A stretch of DNA of 64,000 nt from Deltaproteobacteria bacterium (GTDB taxonomy: Bacteria > Myxococcota > Kuafuiibacteriia > Kuafuiibacteriales > Kuafuiibacteriaceae), in the NCBI GenBank assembly GCA_040218735.1, contig JAVJQW010000061.1, positions 192,001-256,000 on the forward strand. Direction: 5' to 3'. The position numbers and the translations under genes are program-made. The notes under the pieces are model-generated. The model saw only the letters and a program-made list of their open reading frames with translations, did not search any database and was not told the origin of the DNA. This document shows, piece after piece, positions 47,304-55,577 of the stretch. Position 1 is the first letter of the stretch; the number at the start of each line of letters is the position of its first letter.

Positions 47304-48050
47304 ATGACCAGCCCCACCAACCCGACCCCCTCCAACGGCGCCCCGCAGTCCGGGATCGATCCCGCCGCGGCGAAGGCCGTCTCCGAGCGCTACGCGGTGA
47401 CGGTGAAGGCGCGCCTCGCCAAGCCGAAGATCGACATTCTCGAAGCGCGCGACGGGATGCTCGACTGCTTCGTCGCGAGCTACCACAACGGGCTCGCCGC
47501 CGGCATGAAGGCGATCCTCGACGTGGACGCGACGCCGGAAGACGTCGCGCGCATCGCCGCCGCGATCTTCCGCCGCCGCCTCAAGAACCGGAACGTTCCG
47601 TTCGAAGCGCCCACGATCGACGCGCTCTCCGCGGTGAAGGAGGAGGCCGATCGCGAGTTCCACTTCGAGGAGCTGCCCGCCGAGTTCCGCGCGATCCACG
47701 ACCAGGTCTGCGCGCTCCTCCTCAGCAAGGCCGAGGGCACGATGGAGCACCGCGGTGACTCCAGCGTCGTCGCGCGTCCGCCCGCGGCGGCGACCACGCC
47801 GACGCCCGGATTTGCGAAGCCGGTAGTGCCGCGCAGCCCGTCGGTCGCCGGCGCCCCCGCGCCGGTGGCGCGTCCCGCGGACACCAACACGCGATCGAGC
47901 GTCTCGGCGCCGCTGCGGCGCGCTCTCGACACCTACCTGCGCGAGACCGCGGATCGTGCCGGCAAGGATCCGATCGTGGCGCTCCGCGGACGACTCCACC
48001 GCGCGCTTCGTCTGCTCGAGTCGATCGAAGACTTCGAGCAGGAGTCCTGA
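47304..48050 (+). CDS. Hypothetical protein (helical N-domain, Pro-rich linker, helical C-terminus)
   Basis: Plausible ORF with RBS-like GAGAG. No confident family. Confidence 0.7.
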   Translation: MTSPTNPTPSNGAPQSGIDPAAAKAVSERYAVTVKARLAKPKIDILEARDGMLDCFVASYHNGLAAGMKAILDVDATPEDVARIAAAIFRRRLKNRNVPFEAPTIDALSAVKEEADREFHFEELPAEFRAIHDQVCALLLSKAEGTMEHRGDSSVVARPPAAATTPTPGFAKPVVPRSPSVAGAPAPVARPADTNTRSSVSAPLRRALDTYLRETADRAGKDPIVALRGRLHRALRLLESIEDFEQES

Positions 48051-48394
48051 CGCGCGATTTTTTTCGCACTTTTTTTCGCGGTCACTCCGACCCCGCGACG
48101 CACACAGCACCCACCTCGACTCCGACAGAGTGATTCCCACTGCGCATGTGAGGGGGCGCATCCTCGCTCCGACCCGCCCTTGCACGCGTGAGATTCGTGG
48201 CCCCGAATCCGCAAGACATCTTGCGCGCAAGTCAGGTTGCGCATGATTGCGCCGCGCATGATCCGTTTCGTTGAACGCTCACACATGATGCGCACCGTGC
48301 GGGTCAGCGCGCTTTGACAGGACACACTGCGATCCTCCTCTGTATCAAAACGAGCCTCACGACGAGGCTTCTCGCGACAACCAAGGAGGTATTC

Positions 48395-49858
48395 ATGAAA
48401 GCAACTTCGCTTGCAGCAGCGTTTGCGTTCGCACTCGTCCCGGCGACGGCATCCGCGCAATATGACTTCGACAACGGCAACGCACCGATCGAAGTCGTCA
48501 TCCAGAACGTCGTCCCGGTGATCTTCCAGGACATCTCGCCGTCGGGTGGTGACGCCACGCTCATCCTGCGCACCACGACGCTGATCACGAACGCCTGGTA
48601 CGACGCGACCGCGCCCTACCATCCGACCGCGGTCGGCGTGTACTCGCGCCTGGGAACGCGCCCCGTCGCGGAACGGACCACGCGGAACATCAACATCGCA
48701 GCAGTCTATGCCTCCTACCGACTGCTGAACGACTTCTTGCCGCACCGCGCGAGTGACTGGCGAGCGATCATGGTCAACGCAGGCCTCGATCCGGACGACA
48801 ACAGCACCGACCTCACCACTGCGATCGGCATCGGCAACGTCGCGGGCCAAGCCGTCGCGGATGGTCGCAAGAACGACGGCATGAACCAGCTCGGCAACGA
48901 AGGCGGACGCACGTTCAACTTCACGCCGTACGCCGACTACACGGGCTACAAGCCGGTGAACTCGGCCTACCGTCTGTACTTCCCGAGCCGCTGGCAGCCC
49001 GACCTACAGCGCCAGGGGATCGGCCTGTACAAGATCCAGCAGTTCGTCACGCCGCAGTACCGCTACGTCGAGCCCTACTCGTACCCGAGCGCGACCGCCT
49101 TCGGCGTCCCGCCGCCCGTCGACAGCTTCTTCTTCCGCTACTTCAAGTACAAGAAGCAGGCAGACGAGGTGCTCACGGCGTCCGCCAACCTCGACGACGT
49201 TCAGAAGCTGAAGGCCGAGCTGTTCGACAACAAGATCGAGAGCCTCGGCTTCTCGGCCGTGTTCGCTTCGATCTCGCAGGGCCTCTCGCTCCTCGAGTTC
49301 ATCCAGCTCGACTTCCTCACGAACATGGCCGCCTTCGACGCGGGCATCGTCGTCTGGCAGGAGAAGGCGCAGTGGGACGCGGTCCGCCCGTACAGCGCGA
49401 TCCGCCGTATCTACGGCAGCTCACCCGTCACCGCGTGGGGCGGCCCGGGCGTGGGCACCACGACGCTCCCCGCGGACGAGTGGCGGTCGTACCTCGAAGA
49501 AGCCGACCACCCCGAGTACCCGTCGGCGTCGACGTGTTTCTGCGCGGCGCACGCGCAGTCCGCGCGCCTCTTCCTCGGCACCGACACCCTCGGTTATCCG
49601 GTGGTGCGCCCCGCCGGCTCGTCGCGCGTCGAGCCGGGCCTCGTGCCCGCGCAGGACACCACGATCGTGTTCCCGACGTGGACCGACTTCGCCGACGACT
49701 GCGGCCAGAGCCGCGTGTGGGCCGGCGTGCACTTCCAGGCGGCGGTCGACGAGGCCGAGGCGCTCTGTGACGTGTTCGGCGACAGCGCCTACGCGTACCT
49801 GCAGTCGCTCCTCGACGGCACCGCGCCCGTGCGCGGCCCCTCGCAGGGCACCTACTGA
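48395..49858 (+). CDS. Secreted vanadium-dependent haloperoxidase/PAP2-like protein (DUF6851-type)
   Basis: AGGAGGT RBS, signal peptide, NAWYDA.APY, DGMNQLG, WQEKAQWDAVRP, HPEYPSAS, SRVWAGVHF. Confidence 0.85.
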   Translation: MKATSLAAAFAFALVPATASAQYDFDNGNAPIEVVIQNVVPVIFQDISPSGGDATLILRTTTLITNAWYDATAPYHPTAVGVYSRLGTRPVAERTTRNINIAAVYASYRLLNDFLPHRASDWRAIMVNAGLDPDDNSTDLTTAIGIGNVAGQAVADGRKNDGMNQLGNEGGRTFNFTPYADYTGYKPVNSAYRLYFPSRWQPDLQRQGIGLYKIQQFVTPQYRYVEPYSYPSATAFGVPPPVDSFFFRYFKYKKQADEVLTASANLDDVQKLKAELFDNKIESLGFSAVFASISQGLSLLEFIQLDFLTNMAAFDAGIVVWQEKAQWDAVRPYSAIRRIYGSSPVTAWGGPGVGTTTLPADEWRSYLEEADHPEYPSASTCFCAAHAQSARLFLGTDTLGYPVVRPAGSSRVEPGLVPAQDTTIVFPTWTDFADDCGQSRVWAGVHFQAAVDEAEALCDVFGDSAYAYLQSLLDGTAPVRGPSQGTY

Positions 49859-49968
49859 ATCGGCGCGTGCGCGCACGTGCGGGGGCGTGCGCGCCACGCC
49901 GCCCGCACGCGCCGCACTCCGGATCACGACGCCGAAAGTCTGGCCCGTCTCCTGCTTCGGGCGAGCGT

Positions 49969-51300
49969 GTGTACCGACGAACGCTCGCCCTCTTCTTCCT
50001 CCTCGCCACCGCCTCCAAAGCCTCCGCGGCAACCACCGAGTGTTACGGCGACAAGAGCGACATCTACGACGGCTTCGACCGCCTCGCCGCGTCCGAGCCC
50101 GGTCTCGTCGAGCGCTTCCTGCTCGGCGCATCCGTCGACGGGCAGCCGATCTACGCGTGGCGCGTCGCGCGGCGATCCAACAACGAGCTGTTCGGCAACG
50201 ACTCGGGCATCTTGGTGATGACCGGCGGCGTCCACGGCGACGAGCCTCGACCGCCCGAGACGCTCTACCGATTTGCGTGGCTGCTCGTGAACAACTACGA
50301 GCGCGACCCGCTCATCACCTGGATCGTCGACACCACCGAGATCTGGTTCGTCCCCATCGTGAACCCGGACGGCTTCGACATCGGCTGGCGCCTCAACCGC
50401 CTCGACCACGACATCGCGCGCAACTTCCCGTACGCGTGGGACATCAACGAAAGGAACGCAGGACCTTGGGCCGCGTCCGAGCCGGAGACGCAAGCGCTCC
50501 GACAGCTCCTCGATCAAGTCGCGCCGATCCGAGACGGCGACTGGGTCTCACCGAACCAACGCGGGCTGTACATCGATGTGCACGGGAGCATCTCCGCGAC
50601 GTTTCACGCGTACAGCTCGACGACCGCCGTTCCGCACTGTGAGCTGCCGTGGATCAACAGCCACTTCGCGCGCCTCAACGACACCCGCGCGCTGCCGAAC
50701 GCGCACATGGATCGCGCTTCGCAGTGCGAGCTGCCGGACCCGTACTTCGGGAGCCCCGTCGACTACGCCTACGGCGGGCGCGGGATCCCGGCGTTTACGT
50801 TCGAGCTGCGCTCCGAGACCATCGCGTGTACGACGCAGCCGACGGATCGCTTCCGAGACTGCGAACGTGAAGCGGCGGCGCTGTACGAAGAGAACATCGA
50901 AGCGTGGCTCCTCGCCGCGCAGCTCTCCGCCTTCCCGTACATCCGCGCCGACGGTGCGTTCTACCAAGCCGGCTCGATCCGAATGACCCGCGGCCGCGTC
51001 GAAGCGCGCTTCGCGACGTTCGACACGCGCGCCGAACACCCGCCGAGCGGCTGCGACCACCGGCGCGAAGAGATCGTCTCGGCGTCCCTGACGATCTACG
51101 ACCGCTCCAGCTCGGGGACGTGGGCGCCGCGCTTCGGCTGCGTGAACCACCCGATGGTCGCGAAGGACGGCGCGTTCGACAGCGGTGACGAGGTCGCGAT
51201 CGGCTACCTGCCGACGAGCTGCGCGGCGCCGGGCGGGTACGTCGTGCTCCAGGCGCGAACGAAGAACTACTTCGGTCCGGAGGCCGTGTTCACGAGGTGA
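49969..51300 (+). CDS. M14 zinc carboxypeptidase-like secreted protein
   Basis: LGASVDGQPI, HGDE (HxxE), VPIVNPDG, RNF, SEPETQA, DVHG, FTFEL. Confidence 0.82.
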   Translation: MYRRTLALFFLLATASKASAATTECYGDKSDIYDGFDRLAASEPGLVERFLLGASVDGQPIYAWRVARRSNNELFGNDSGILVMTGGVHGDEPRPPETLYRFAWLLVNNYERDPLITWIVDTTEIWFVPIVNPDGFDIGWRLNRLDHDIARNFPYAWDINERNAGPWAASEPETQALRQLLDQVAPIRDGDWVSPNQRGLYIDVHGSISATFHAYSSTTAVPHCELPWINSHFARLNDTRALPNAHMDRASQCELPDPYFGSPVDYAYGGRGIPAFTFELRSETIACTTQPTDRFRDCEREAAALYEENIEAWLLAAQLSAFPYIRADGAFYQAGSIRMTRGRVEARFATFDTRAEHPPSGCDHRREEIVSASLTIYDRSSSGTWAPRFGCVNHPMVAKDGAFDSGDEVAIGYLPTSCAAPGGYVVLQARTKNYFGPEAVFTR

Positions 51301-52001
51301 AACAACCCGGCGTCGAACGAACGGCCGCCGTCGCGGTAGTCGCGCCACAACCCGAAGTTCCTCGGGTCGGCGCGTAGGACGATCGCCTTCGGCTCGCTCT
51401 GGTAGTCGAACTTCGTCACGGCCCGTTCGCGTCGCACTTCGAACTCGAGCTCCATCCGATCGCCGCGGAGGTGGAAGCGGAGCGCTTCGGTCGACCAGTC
51501 GTCGTAGTCACCCTCGTGGTACCAGCCGTTTCCGCGACCGTCGGCGTCGGGCTCTTGGAGTTGGTACATCGCGAAGCCCATCCCGCCCGTGGCGTACCGC
51601 TGCTGGTGGATCCACATCCGCGACATCGGGTGCCCGTTCGATTCGGCGATCGGACCGCGGCGCTTCGTGTAACGCGTCGAACGGAGCTCGACGGGATCGT
51701 CGAGGAGCGTGAGGGCGTCGCCATCCAGGGCGTAACGCACTTCGTGTCGCGCGCCGGTCTTGCGGAAGACGAGCGTGATGACCTCGTCGTCGACGGTGTA
51801 GTCGAACGACGCGGTCTTGTTCAGCCCAACGTCGCCGTACCGGTACAGCCCGTGCCCTCCCGGGTGGAAGTAGTAGAACCGCACCGCGCGCTCTTCCAGG
51901 TCCGGGCGTGCCCAGAGCCCCGTGAGATCGGGCGCCTCGGAGGAAGGCCACAGCAGCGCGCCGGTCGCGGCGAGCGCGACGCCGATCGCGAGTCTTCGCA
52001 T
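51267..52001 (-). CDS. Hypothetical exported beta-rich protein with internal two-fold repeat
   Basis: Signal/TM MRRLAIGVALAATGALLW, then two lipocalin-like G.W...F....G.G halves. Confidence 0.6.
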   Translation of the reverse strand: MRRLAIGVALAATGALLWPSSEAPDLTGLWARPDLEERAVRFYYFHPGGHGLYRYGDVGLNKTASFDYTVDDEVITLVFRKTGARHEVRYALDGDALTLLDDPVELRSTRYTKRRGPIAESNGHPMSRMWIHQQRYATGGMGFAMYQLQEPDADGRGNGWYHEGDYDDWSTEALRFHLRGDRMELEFEVRRERAVTKFDYQSEPKAIVLRADPRNFGLWRDYRDGGRSFDAGLFHLVNTASGPK

Positions 52002-52021
52002 GGCGCCATCGTAGCGGATCT

Positions 52022-52822
52022 TCAGATGCGCAGCGCGAAACCGAAGCTCAGCACCAACTGATCCGTCGCGTACCCGGTCTCGATCGAGGTCCCGCCGACG
52101 GACAGCCCACCCCACTCCGTGCGCACGTAGCGCAGCTCCGACGAGATGCCGCGCCACGCGAGCCCGAGCGTGCCGCCGACCGACCAGCCCTTGTAGACGA
52201 TCGCAAACTGCTCACCCGGCGCGAGCGTGACGCCGCGGAAGGTGACGCCGAACGTCGCGGCGGCGCTGGAGCGCATCGTCGCATAGGCGGCGTCCGCGCC
52301 GAGGTAGAGGAGGAAGGTCGCGGGGAGCCGGAAGCGGAGCTGCATCAGCGGTCCGATCTCCAGGCCCGTGCTGGAGAGGACGCCGCCGCGCAGCGCCTCG
52401 CCCCAACCGTCGCGGTTCATCGGGCCGAACAGGACGGAGCCGCGGACGCCGAGCAGGAACTTGTCGCTGGGGAGGAGGCCGAGGCTCAGGCTCAGGCCGC
52501 TCGCGTCGTCGATCTCGCGGGTGTCGAGCACGCCGCCGCCGCTCCCGAACGCGAAGCGGAAGTCCGTGGACAGCAACGCCCGGAAGACACGCTTCGGCAC
52601 CTCCTCGGATTCTTCGTCGGGCGCCTCGGACTCGACGCTGCGAAACGCTCCGGGACCTTCGGGCGTCGGCGTCGGTGGCGGCGGTGCCGGCGGAGGCGGC
52701 GGAGGGATCCTGGGCCCGCCCGGCTCGGGGATGCGTGGGCCACCGGGCTCGTCCTGTGCCCACGCCGAGCTCGACGCAAACAGCGCCGCCGCGATCGTCA
52801 GCGCCCGAAGCACGGTCCTCAT
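52022..52822 (-). CDS. Outer-membrane beta-barrel protein with Pro-rich N-terminus
   Basis: Signal peptide ending AWAQ, Pro-rich linker, alternating beta strands ending LSFGFALRI. Confidence 0.7.
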   Translation of the reverse strand: MRTVLRALTIAAALFASSSAWAQDEPGGPRIPEPGGPRIPPPPPPAPPPPTPTPEGPGAFRSVESEAPDEESEEVPKRVFRALLSTDFRFAFGSGGGVLDTREIDDASGLSLSLGLLPSDKFLLGVRGSVLFGPMNRDGWGEALRGGVLSSTGLEIGPLMQLRFRLPATFLLYLGADAAYATMRSSAAATFGVTFRGVTLAPGEQFAIVYKGWSVGGTLGLAWRGISSELRYVRTEWGGLSVGGTSIETGYATDQLVLSFGFALRI

Positions 52823-52943
52823 GCTGTACCGGAAACGTCGCCGCGTCGGGGCGATTCTTCGGCGACAGTGCCGATGCCCGTGACCGGGCCGTGACGAAGC
52901 GAGAGTGGCCATCCCCAAACCAACGTGGTTAGCGTCCGCGCCG

Positions 52944-54791
52944 ATGAAGCGTATCGTACTCGCCCCGGCCCTTGTCGCCCTCGCGCTCTCGAGCTGCGCG
53001 AAGAAACCCGAAACCGAGCCGGTCGTCGCGACGAAGGCGGCGCCGCCCCCCGCGAAGGCGGCGGCGAAACCCACGCCCGCGGACGCGAAGAAGTTCATCG
53101 CCGAGACCGACGTCGCGCTGAAGAAGGTCCTCGCGGACTGGGAGCGCAGCGAGTTCGTGAAGGCCACGTACATCACGCACGACACGGAGACGATCGCGTC
53201 GCAGCGTCACGAGCGCTACCTCGCGTTCATGTCGCAGGCGATCCAGGACGCCACGAAGTACGACGGCCTGGAGCTGGACGCCGACACCGCGCGCCGCATC
53301 AACCTGCTGAAGGTCGCGCAGTCCATGCCCGCGCCGAACGATCCCGTGCAGCGCAAGAAGCTCGCGGACCTCGCGTCGCGGATGTCGTCGATCTACGGCA
53401 AAGGGAAGTACTGCCGCGGCGACGACTGCCGCGCGCTCGGCGAGCTGTCGAAGGTGCTCGCGAACAGCCACGACTACGACGAGCTGCTCGACGCGTGGCA
53501 GGGCTGGCGGACGATCTCCGTCGAGATGCGCCCGATGTACGAGGAGTTCGTGTCCGTCGCGAACGACGGCGCGAGAGAGCTCGGCTTCGCGGACCTCGGC
53601 GTGCTGTGGCGCGGCGCGTACGACATGAGCTCGGAGGAGTTCGAGGCGGAGACGGAGCGCCTGTGGCAACAGGTGAAGCCGTTGTACGAAGCGCTGCACT
53701 GCCACGTGCGCGCGCAGCTCGCGAAGAAGTACGGCAAGAAGGTCGACCCGAAGGGCAAGATCCCCGCGCACCTGCTCGGCAACATGTGGGCGCAGGAGTG
53801 GGGCAACATCTATCCGCTCGTCGAGCCGTACCGCGGGCAGGCGTCGCTCGACGTCACGTCGGCGCTGGAGAAGAAGAAGTACTCCGCGACCGACATGGTG
53901 AAGATGGGCGAGAAGTTCTTCACCTCGCTCGGGCTCGACCCGCTCCCCGAGACCTTCTGGGAGCGCTCGATGTTCACGAAGCCGGCGGACCGCGAGGTCG
54001 TCTGTCACGCGAGCGCGTGGGACGTCGCGTACGACAACGATCTACGCATCAAGATGTGCATCACGCCGACGGAGGAGGACTTCATCACCATCCACCACGA
54101 GCTCGGGCACAACTACTACTACATGTACTATCACCAGCTGCCGGTGCTCTATCAGGCCGGCGCGCACGACGGCTTCCACGAGGGCATCGGCGACACACTC
54201 GCGCTCTCCGTGACGCCGGGTTACCTCAAGGACGTCGGCATCCTGAAGAAGGTCGCGAAGAACGACAAAGCGCTGATCAACTACCAGATGAAGGTCGCGC
54301 TCGATAAGATCGCGTTCCTCCCGTTCGGCAAGCTGATCGACCAGTGGCGATGGGACGTCTTCTCCGGGAAGGTCGGCCCCGACGACTACAACGCCGCGTG
54401 GTGGAAGCTGCGCGAGGACTACCAGGGCATCCAGGCGCCCGTCGCGCGCAGCGAGAAGGACTTCGACCCGGGCGCGAAGTACCACGTCCCGTCGAACGTC
54501 CCGTACACGCGTTACTTCCTCGCGCGGATCCTCCAGTTCCAGTTCTACCGGGCGATGTGCAAGATCGCCGGCCACGAAGGCCCGCTGCACGAGTGCTCGT
54601 TCTTCGGGAGCCAGGAGGCCGGCGCGAAGCTGAAGGCGATGCTCGCGATGGGCGCGAGCCGCCCGTGGCCCGAGGCGCTCGAGGCCCTGACCGGCGAGCG
54701 CCAGATGGACGCGACCGCGATGATCGACTACTTCGCGCCGCTGTCGGCCTGGCTCGCCAAGCAGAACGAGGGCCGAACCTGCGGCTGGTAG
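52944..54791 (+). CDS. M2 family peptidyl-dipeptidase (ACE-like) lipoprotein
   Basis: IPAHLLGNMWAQEW, VCHASAWD, HHELGH, GFHEGIGD, FDPGAKYH, YTRYF..ILQFQF. Confidence 0.95.
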   Translation: MKRIVLAPALVALALSSCAKKPETEPVVATKAAPPPAKAAAKPTPADAKKFIAETDVALKKVLADWERSEFVKATYITHDTETIASQRHERYLAFMSQAIQDATKYDGLELDADTARRINLLKVAQSMPAPNDPVQRKKLADLASRMSSIYGKGKYCRGDDCRALGELSKVLANSHDYDELLDAWQGWRTISVEMRPMYEEFVSVANDGARELGFADLGVLWRGAYDMSSEEFEAETERLWQQVKPLYEALHCHVRAQLAKKYGKKVDPKGKIPAHLLGNMWAQEWGNIYPLVEPYRGQASLDVTSALEKKKYSATDMVKMGEKFFTSLGLDPLPETFWERSMFTKPADREVVCHASAWDVAYDNDLRIKMCITPTEEDFITIHHELGHNYYYMYYHQLPVLYQAGAHDGFHEGIGDTLALSVTPGYLKDVGILKKVAKNDKALINYQMKVALDKIAFLPFGKLIDQWRWDVFSGKVGPDDYNAAWWKLREDYQGIQAPVARSEKDFDPGAKYHVPSNVPYTRYFLARILQFQFYRAMCKIAGHEGPLHECSFFGSQEAGAKLKAMLAMGASRPWPEALEALTGERQMDATAMIDYFAPLSAWLAKQNEGRTCGW

Positions 54792-54996
54792 CGGGCGGTC
54801 GGCGCCGCACCGCGTCGTGCGGCGCGCCACAAATGTAAAAAACGTGGCACCAGGAAACTTTCGCGCGGTCTTACTCGTTGGATACGGGGCAAGCGGTGGC
54901 GTGATGTTCGATTCCTGGCCTTGCTAAGCCACGAAAGTGGCCGACATACTGTTGGGGAATTCGCCCTCGCTGCCCGGGCGTTTCGAGAGGAGCTGA

Positions 54997-55449
54997 ATGG
55001 TTACTGCCGCTTGGATTGCCGGAATCGTGACCGTCGGGACGTGGGTCCTGCTGCTCAGGCTCACCGTCCGGGTCTTTGGCCGAGGCAAACTCGACAACGG
55101 GTGGGACAACGCGCTCGCCTACGGCGTCGTCTCGGCGCTGATGCTCTTCCCCGTGAAGTGGATGATCGGCAGCAAGAGCCTCATCCTGATCAGCCTGATA
55201 CCCGCCGTCCTCTGGGCGGGCCAGCTGATCGCGCTCAAGGTGATCTACGAGGTCAAGGCGCTGCACGCCCTCCTCATCGGGGCGACGCACGCCGCGGTGA
55301 GCACCGCGATCCTCGGGGCGCTGACCGTCGTGGCCGGGTTCATCGTCGCCTATGTGACGTACAACAAGATCATCACCGACCCGATGATCCTCGTGCGCCT
55401 GATTCTGCGCCTGATCGGCCTGTGGCCGACCGACGTCGCCCTCCCCTAG
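54997..55449 (+). CDS. Hypothetical membrane protein
   Basis: About 5 hydrophobic helices and a GAGAGG RBS. Confidence 0.7.
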   Translation: MVTAAWIAGIVTVGTWVLLLRLTVRVFGRGKLDNGWDNALAYGVVSALMLFPVKWMIGSKSLILISLIPAVLWAGQLIALKVIYEVKALHALLIGATHAAVSTAILGALTVVAGFIVAYVTYNKIITDPMILVRLILRLIGLWPTDVALP

Positions 55450-55528
55450 GCTGAGGCCGGTCGCGAACGCGGCCGGTCCGAAGACTGTGCCAAGGCGGTC
55501 CGCGAAGCGGGGCGGCGTTATGGCCTAG
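55446..55528 (+). repeat. 83-bp CTAG-bounded REP/MITE-like element, copy 1
   Basis: CTAGGCTGAGGCCGG-hairpin-GGTCCGAAGACTGTGCCAAGG-hairpin-CGTTATGGCCTAG. Confidence 0.85.
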
Positions 55529-55577
55529 GGAACGGGGCTTGGCTTGACGCGACGCTTTTGATTCTGTCGGCGCCTTC

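Noticed and set aside
48314-48348. TTGACA as a sigma-70 -35 box
   Set aside because: No credible -10 hexamer at 16-18 bp spacing.
55446-55528. CTAG elements as integron attC sites or sigma-54 promoters
   Set aside because: CCATAAC resembles an attC R'' box, but there is no matching GTTRRRY end or integrase. TGGCAC-N5-TCGG lacks the -12 GC.
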